Below, in pieces: positions 56,401 to 64,000 of a stretch of DNA of 64,000 bases (position 1 is its first letter; each line of letters opens with the position of its first letter). Made by a program: the position numbers and the translations under genes. Location of the stretch: contig CATNEN010000039.1 of assembly GCA_950097015.1 (NCBI GenBank), forward strand, positions 14,694,001 to 14,758,000. Direction: 5' to 3'. The DNA comes from Macrostomum hystrix. Lineage: Eukaryota > Animalia > Platyhelminthes. The notes under the pieces were generated by a model. It searched no databases and was not told the origin of the DNA. It worked only from the letters and a program-made list of their open reading frames with translations.

Positions 56401-56833
56401 GCTCTGAGACTTACAGCGGCCTGAAAGATGCGCTGGTTGCCTCCGATGTTGACCCAGATTGGGCCAGCAAAGTCGGGAACCGTGTCATACTGACCTCCAG
56501 CTTTGTCGGCGGTCCGCGCTATCGGAGGGAGCGTCAACAGGACGCCATGGCATATGTGCAGCGCTTCGGAAGGCCGGATCTTTTCATAACAATGACTGCG
56601 AATCCTGCATGGGAAGAAATCACACAGGAGCTGCTGCCTGGACAAAGCCCGGTTGATAGACCAGACCTCACAATGCGCGTCTTTGACTTAAAGCGAAAGG
56701 CTCTGCTGGATTGCCTACGGACTGCTTTCGGCACTCCGGTCGCACATGTCTGCTCGCTTGAGTTTCAGAAACGAGGTGAGTTTATATTTAGTTTATGCAA
56801 GAACTACAAACACTATCGACCACCAGCGAAGTA

Positions 56834-56942
56834 TTGTCAGCCTGTCTCTGTCAGCCTGTCTCTGTCAGCCTGTCTCTGTCAGCCTGTCTCTGTCAGCCTG
56901 TCTCTGTCAGCCTGTCTCTGTCAGCCTGTCTCTGTCAGCCTG
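56834..56942. repeat. 14-bp minisatellite (TGTCAGCCTGTCTC)n in a RepHel intron
   Basis: About 7.5 perfect copies. Confidence 0.95.
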
Positions 56943-59900
56943 CCTCTTTAGGCCCTTGATTCACTTTATTCTGACTACATTTCTTCTACTAGCTGAGCAT
57001 GTTGTGTTGTGAGATGCGATTATTCAGATAAAGTAGGATTCGTTCAATCGATTTTTCAATTTATTTATTTTTACTACTCTCTGTGAGATTTTTTCAGTCG
57101 ACTTATCAAGATTAAAATTCGCGACTTTCGCAACGATCTCTCTGCAGGTCTGCCACATGTTCATATACTTCTGTGGCTGGCACAGATGGATAAGATCACA
57201 CCTGACCGCTACGATGATGTCGTGTGCGCGGAAATCCCGAGCGCTGTCGATGATCCGGAGCTGCACAAGCTGGTTGTTGATAACATGATGCATGGACCAT
57301 GTGGTGAAATAAACCCGCGATGTGTTTGCATGATAAACGGAGCTTGCAGCAAAAAATTCCCAAAGGACTACCAACTTGCGTCTGTTGTGAACGACTCGGG
57401 ATTCCCATTTTATCGTCGGAGATCTGCAACAATGGGAGGTCACGTAGCCAAGAAGTATCTGCGAGGCAAGGAAGTGATCATGGACAACAGGTAAATACTC
57501 ATTTTGGAATTATAGAAAAAGTTAGCAAAAATTGACATGTACAAATTAGACTTTCTTTAAAAATACATCATCTGGGATTTAATATGCCTTGCACTGATTT
57601 AAAACTTCGGTTCGAGAGGCGTTTTAGAGGATTCATTTTAATGTAGCAGTAATGATGAAAATTTTCATGGACAACAAACTACTTTTTTTCTTTCCATCTA
57701 TGCAGTTTAATTTGTGTGGTACAGGACTTCGATTTAAATTACCAGTATTAGATGTATCTAATCCTCATTTAGTAACAATGCTTTGCTTTATATTTATCGT
57801 TGAAGAGAAAGAGTAATTGTTGATTGAAGTGAAAATGTATCTGATATTCATAGTGATAATTACTAATACTTAATTTACTTTTGCTCTTACTTTTTAGATT
57901 CGTTGTCCCCTACAATGCGCACCTGTTGCGCCTATTTCGGTGCCACTTAAACGTCGAGATTTGCGCGACCATAAGGGCAATTAAATATGTAGTTAAATAT
58001 CTCCACAAGGGATCCGATATGGCAACTGTTGAGCTGACTACGGAGCAGCGTGAAGAAATAAAGTGGAATGAAATCGCTGCTTACCTGTTAACTCGGTATC
58101 TGGGCCCACATGAAGGTGTTCAAATAATTCTCGGAATGAGCGTTCATAGCCGCTATCCGCCTGTTGTTCAGTTGTGCGTCCATCTCCCTGGTAAAAACCG
58201 AGTTATCTTTTCTGCGGCAACAGCTGAAATGCAAGCATCAAGACCACCTCGCAGCATGCTAACAGCGTTTTTTGAACTTTGTCGCAGAGATGATTTCGCC
58301 CGCACTCTGTTGTACACAGATGTTCCGCGATACTATATCTGGCAAGCTGACCGAAAGGAATGGCAGAGGACCAAGATTGGAGCACCTGTGGATGGCTACG
58401 ATGGCGTTCGTCAGCGAGATACCATTGGCCGCATGTACAATGTCAGCCCGAGAGCTCGAGATGTATTTTATCTACGACTAGCCTTGCTGCGTATTCGGGG
58501 ACCGGTCAGCTATGAATCTCTGCGAACAGTAGACGGAATTCTGTACACTGATTTCTTTGAGGCTTGCAAGGCTCTTGGAATGCTGGAAGATGATAATCAT
58601 TTCCGTCTCTGCATGGAAGAGGCTGAACAGACTCAGATGCCAGCTGCTCTTCGAAGTCTATTCTCGGTCATTTTGATCCACGGCAATCCTACAGACGCGC
58701 AACATTTGTGGTCCCGCTTCCAGTTGTCAATGGGTGAGGATTTTGCCCATCGCGAGTCAGCTGATGAAGCTTGGATAGTGAACCGTGTTCTGCAAGATTT
58801 GACCGTGCGATTGAGCCTTATGGGCGGCAGTTTGTCTCAATTTGGTTTGCCAGAACCACTTCAAATTGCTGAGCAGGAAGCCGAGTTCGACGCGCAGGAG
58901 TTGAGCACGTTTGTTGAGCAGCGTGAGTACCAGCTGACAGACGAGCAGCAAAAAATCTACAAGGCAGTGCTGGACAGTTTGCAGAGTGGAGGAGGTCTGC
59001 ACTTCATTGACTCGGAACTTGACAGGAGGAACTGGAAAGAGTTTTCTACTGGAACTTCTGCTTGCTCACGTGCGATCGCGTGGTGAACTTGCTTTGGCTG
59101 TTGCAACCACAGGAATTGCGGCAACTCTGCTCCCTGGCGGCCGGACTGCCCACTCGGCATTTAAAATTTCCCCTTCGGTTTTGAATGAAAGCTGCGGGCA
59201 TTGCGACATAAAAAAGCAGAGTGCCCTAGCCGAAAATTTGCGAAACACCCGACTTGTTGTATGGGATGAAGCAGCAATGGTGCATCGCAAGATTCTAGAA
59301 ACAGTCGAACGCAGTTTGAGAGATATAATAGCTGACAAGCCTTTCGGTGGACTGACGTTTGTAATGGCTGGAGATTTTCGACAATTGCTGCCTGTTATAA
59401 AGGGCGGCACAGCTGCAAACGCAATTCAGGCGTGCATAAATAGGAGTCCACTTTGGAGCGGCTTTCTGCAGCATCGGCTAACCCGCAACATGCGACTTCA
59501 AGCAGACACCGATTCTGAAGCTTCGCACTACGCCGAGTTTCTGCTGCAGGTTAGTTTCTAATATTTAACTTGTATTTAGTGTTTCGATTAGATTAGGGTT
59601 TGAAATATGATAAAAGGTGCGCCTGTTGATAGTTGAGATTTTATTGGTTTTAAAAATATCGTAGTGTTTATCTTAGATTAATAACTGATCTCGAAAAACT
59701 GGCAGCTAGCACTTCACATATTTTCCTCAATTCACATGCATTCATAGGTCGGTGAGGGACGACTAAAGCAGGACGATCAAGGCTATGTGGAACTCCCATC
59801 GGAGATTTGCATGCCAATGGGATCTGACACGATGCAGCTGATTCGATATGTTTTTCCCAGCTTCAACAATGCTGAGACGCGCGATCAACAGTTTGAATCC

Positions 59901-61556
59901 AGAGCAATTCTGGCACCGCACAATCGAACGGTGAACGAAATCAACGCTCAATGCCTGGTTATGTTTCCAGGAAAGGCTGTGGAATACCTTTCAATTGACA
60001 GCATCCCAGATGACGAAGAAGCGGCGATTCAATTTCCTGTTGAGGCACTGAACAGCTTAGAAGCACAGGCACTTCCGCCGCACCGACTGGAACTTAAAGT
60101 CGGAGTGCCTATCATGCTGCTGAGGAATTTAGATGCACCACGTCTCTGCAACGGAACCAGGCTAATCATCACGAAGCTAGAAAAGAATGTTTTGGTAGCT
60201 CGAATCGCTTCTGGAGCTTTCAAAGGCGCACCTGTTCTGCTACCAAGAATTCCATTGACGCCGAATGCTGAGGATTTGCCTGTAAAATTCCGCAGACTGC
60301 AGTTTCCTGTTCGACTTTGCTTTGCAATCACAATTCATAAGAGCCAAGGTCAGAGCCTGGATTCCTTTGGCGTTCACTTGGGCCAGTCGTGTTTTCAACA
60401 TGGCCAATTGTATGTTGCGCTGAGTCGAGCACGTGACCCAAGGCATGAGCGTGTCCTTCACGGCCAGCAGACGCAGAATATTGTCCTGCAACAAGTTTTT
60501 TCAACGGCCTGCGATTGTTCGTGATACTCACATTTTATGCCTGTAAAACAGTCTTTTGACAAACAGTTTAGATACAATCTGCTTTACTCTATTATCAACA
60601 GGTCAATTTTGAAATTTAGCTAAATTCGAAGTTGAAATCCGCACATTACAATAGGCCAAACGTTGCAATAAACCCCATGTTAAAACAAACTCCATGTTGC
60701 GATATCCGCAGGTTGCAATAATCCACAGCTTAAAATAATACAATGTGCAATGTTCACCCTCGAGGTTGAAGCAATACTATAGTCCTTATATTTGAAAAAT
60801 CCATAGCAATAATCCATGGTGCAATAATCCACCGTTTACAATAATCTCCACGATGCAATAATCCCAGGTTGTAATTCAGTCAGCCTGTTCTAAACGCTAC
60901 GATTCGTCAAAAGAGATATTTATCTGATGATTGTGCTGTTTATTATTCATATTTCACATGCAAATTATTAGAAGTGATTGAAGGTACATCATAATTCTCT
61001 TGTTCCAATTGTGAATCTAAAAGTGGAAAATTTGAAACACCTGTTCTATTCAACGTTCTCTTGCTGCGCTGTTGCACTGCCGCAAGTGCAAGAATTTCCG
61101 CAACTCCTGTGTCTTTTGACCGTCAAAAGCGAAGATGCGTTGCTTTTTCTGCTGATTATTTTTTGCTTCCTAATTTACTGTGAGCTTGTCGCCCAGTCGC
61201 TTTCTTTCAACTGCTGCAACATTTTGATGACAGCCACACAGTAACTAGAAAGTAGACTGTCGAATAAATTCCCAGGATGTAATGCTGGTATCCAGGTTGC
61301 AATAATCCCTGGTTTCAGATTACTTTAACGGGCTTGGACAGAGTGGACAGGAAACTGGTCTGCAAACTGGTTTGCTAATTTGTCATTAGCGTGCAGTAAA
61401 TGTCCATGAGCACGCTGTCAGTTGGTTTGTCAACGGGGCTGATAGTTTGTATTCAAACGGATTAATTGTTTGTCTTTCAACGGGATATGTTAATTGATTT
61501 ATCAAAATGCTCTTAGTTGTTTAGCAAACATTAAATGGTCTGTGAAATGTGTGTTG

Positions 61557-61598
61557 GCTTATACCACAGAATATCAATTGATATTCTGTGGCTTATAC
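61557..61598. mobile_element. Transposon excision footprint: 26-bp palindrome between 8-bp direct repeats
   Basis: GCTTATAC-CACAGAATATCAATTGATATTCTGTG-GCTTATAC. Confidence 0.75.
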
Positions 61599-62071
61599 CT
61601 CAAATGGATTGTAAATTGGTCTGTTAATGCTAATAAATAAACTGTTGTTAATTAGCCGGTCTGTAATGGAGCTGTGATTTAATGTCATCAAGAAGTAAAT
61701 CAATCTGCCTACGGGCTGTGACAATTGTCTCAACGGGCTGTATATTAGTCTACAAAAATCCGCAGCTTGGAATCAGAAGGGTACATCATACACTATGTAC
61801 ATCTGCGTCACCTCAACGATCGTCTGCTATTGACTGCTGAGTAACTCACTTTTTAAGAAGCTATGACTTTAATGTCCACCTATACCACCGTCACAAAACA
61901 AATTCGCGTGGTCACACGATCACCACATCCCTTGTACATCGGTCGCGTGATTTGATGGCTCATTGGATGGCAGTTTGAAAAACTTTAAGAATCAATATAT
62001 AATAGGTGGAAACCTCTTGACTTTACGATATTGAAATTCAGCTGACTGCATTTGTCATACACGTAGACAAA

Positions 62072-63876
62072 ATGAAGATTTTGGAGATAAAATCCTGCGG
62101 AAGGCTGAGCATTCCAGTGCTGGGTAAGGTTTTCCTTCGGAATGAGGTGAGCTACGAGCTACATGTCTATATACTTAGATATATAGTCTCATAATTACGT
62201 CGACATCTTGCTGCTCATACTCGCATATGAACCTGCAGATATTACATATTCTCCACCTCGCTAAATCAATACTAGAACAAATAACTTACTTGTAGTAGTG
62301 ACTGAACTTATTCTTGAACAGATTCGAGATTACACAAGCCGACGAGGCAACGGACAGCTATTTAGCATTCTTCTGGCGGACGAATCGGCCGAAATCAAGG
62401 TCTGCTTCTTTGGCCGCGAGCTGGCCGAGCGCTGGAACTTGTGCGCCGTGGGCAGGGCGATACAGGTGTCAGGTGGAGAGGCAAAAGTAGCGGACACTCG
62501 CTTTAACGTAGCCAACAACATTTTCGAAATAATATTGAATATTGACAACGGCGGCCTCGTTGAACGAGCTGATAACATTATCTGCAGCCCTCAATTCAAG
62601 TTTCGGCTCATATCCGAGCTGCCGACCGTCGGGTCCAGCGGGTAAGATTCACGTTGTAACGACATTGTACTTTTCAACTGACTAAAGTATTAGAGCGATT
62701 TTTGGCAAGGAGCTCTTAAGTAGAAGGACGTTATATTCAAGCATGGGAAACTATTCAAATCCGATTTTTAGAAAGATGCATATTGAATATTTATATATTT
62801 ACACTTTCGAGGCTGATTTTCCTCGATTCGATTATGATCGACGTAAGGAAGCATTAAATATTCAAATATAGTGAATTTTTCATGTACACATAAAATCGAA
62901 GTTCAATCTAGAAACGTTTCCAGACGCAAAAAGCATATTTCTCAAATTTACAGTTTCTTATCCTTAAGTTTGAACTACACTACTAATAATAGCACAATAA
63001 GGGTTAAATAAAAAATGACGGAAATGCATAGCAAATACGGGGACACTGCAATGGGGGGTTCATTGGAAGTCAGAGTTTGAGGCAATGGCCTAATTGACAC
63101 TCGCGGCTATTGCCTCAAACTCTGACTTCCTATGAGCATCATTGCTTAAAATTTCCATCAATTCTATGCAATGGCCGGCCATTGCCATTGCCATTGCCAA
63201 GAAGTGAAATTTTAGGCAATGTCTGTTTGACACAAGAAGAACTGGACCTGTATGTATTTACAAGATAAATATAGTACTTTCTCAATTTCCTGCCAGAGCT
63301 ATCGTCGACGTTCTTGGCGTCGTAATTTCAAAAGATGGTCCAACGGAAGTGCCAACAAGGAAGGGCCCTTGCGCAAAGAGCACAATTGTATTGGCAGATG
63401 CAACAAACACGGCTGTCACCTGCACGTTCTGGGGACAAAGCGCGGCCCAGGTAGCGTCATGGTCAGCGAATGACGTTTTAGCAATTAAAGGCGCGCGGAC
63501 AAGCGATTATGGATCGATGTCCCTCAATTGCAGCTCCGCTCTGTGCATGATGGAGCCTGACATCCACCAGAATGTCGAAGTCGACCGTCTGCGGACCTGG
63601 ATCACTCAGCGCGATGACAGACTCACGCCTGCTGCCATTGAATTTGTTGCTGCCGCTGCCATCCGCGAGAAAGCAGATGAAATTTTTTTAGAAATACCAT
63701 CTGCGGTGAAGCGGGTGCGCATTCGCCGCGGAAGTTTGGAGGTAAGATAAATTTAAATGTCGATTTATCTGCGGGACTGGATTTGTGCGACTGTTTTTCT
63801 TACTCGCTTATTATCCAAATTACAATTTCAGAAATCTGTGTCTTTCGAGGAGGCGGGTCTGAGCTCCTCCCAGTGA
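62072..63876 (+). CDS. RPA70-like ssDNA-binding protein (two OB folds, DBD-A and DBD-B only), 4 exons; probably Helitron cargo
   Basis: Exons 62072-62146, 62322-62641, 63297-63741, 63832-63876 splice in frame. Motifs IRDY...RGNGQLFSILLADESAEIK, VDVLGV, IVLADAT..AVTCTFWG, VLAIKGARTSDYG..SL, PDI...RLRTW match RPA1 DBD-A/B. Confidence 0.85.
63061..63134. repeat. 30-bp inverted repeat with 14-nt loop in an intron
   Basis: CATTGGAAGTCAGAGTTTGAGGCAATGGCC / GGCTATTGCCTCAAACTCTGACTTCCTATG, 2 mismatches. Confidence 0.85.
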
Positions 63877-64000
63877 GTAATTTAAATTATGGCTTTGGCC
63901 AATCGGCTCATTAGTGGTTTGATTGATGAATCAATGCATATGGAAACTACAAATTGATAATCATATGATTGAAATTTGCTCTTAAAAGTTTACATACTTA

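Larger units (their letters stand above)
52729..60524 (+). pseudogene. Helitron RepHel polyprotein (20-aa charged repeats - OTU protease - Zn-finger/Hel - HUH Rep - PIF1 helicase), 7 exons, three frameshifts
   Basis: Exons ~52729-53705, 54132-54808, 55048-55617, 56008-56775, 57148-57490, 57898-59549, 59748-60524. OTU: VPGDGDCFFHAV...HYQSL. Rep: PDLFITMT, EFQKRG|LPHVHIL, YVVKYLHKG. Helicase: GGTGKS, WDEAAM, GDFRQLLPV, LCNGTRL, TIHKSQGQS, HGQLYVALSR. Frameshifts near 54710, 56235 and 59015. Confidence 0.9.
51116..64000 (+). mobile_element. Large Helitron (3' end not seen, probably beyond the window)
   Basis: 5' end A|TCTAATATACTAAAAATGAAA followed by a (CTGT)n microsatellite and CACG...AACCGGATTT...AAATTT, the layout of invertebrate Helitron 5' ends. 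Contains RepHel and probably the RPA70-like gene. Confidence 0.7.

Noticed and set aside
60640-61750. Degenerate GTTGCAATAATCC and AACGGGCTG motif runs, and ORF 60978-61244
   Set aside because: Decayed internal repeats of the Helitron with no recognisable protein and no convincing hairpin+CTRR terminus.

Overview
This is animal genomic DNA with GT-AG introns, SINEs and many minisatellites. The style of the repeats suggests a free-living flatworm such as Macrostomum, but that is unverified. From left to right the window holds: (1) a single-exon FMNL-type formin on the minus strand; (2) a tandem array of six intronless ankyrin-repeat genes resembling the C-terminal half of NF-kB p105/p100 (IkB-gamma-like) with no Rel domain in the window, the first copy keeping a probable death domain; (3) a 4-exon aprataxin gene whose third intron is a 44-bp palindromic minisatellite; (4) a zone of decayed elements (THAP/P-element, LOA/R1-like LINE, minisatellites, a possible lectin pseudogene); (5) one ~19.7-kb, 15-exon minus-strand gene that the ORF track splits into 13 ORFs, encoding a predicted ~6,100-aa secreted, probably GPI-anchored protein of 13 Ly6/uPAR-like (three-finger) domains separated by ASNTxx hexapeptide arrays; (6) a 5'-truncated RTE-type LINE; (7) a large, frameshifted, intron-containing Helitron (20-aa repeats, OTU protease, HUH Rep, PIF1 helicase) followed by an RPA70-like gene. 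The best candidates for undescribed systems are the IkB-gamma-like array with its homogenised ~120-bp cassette and the giant poly-Ly6/hexapeptide protein. Family assignments come from motifs recalled from memory; no searches were run.
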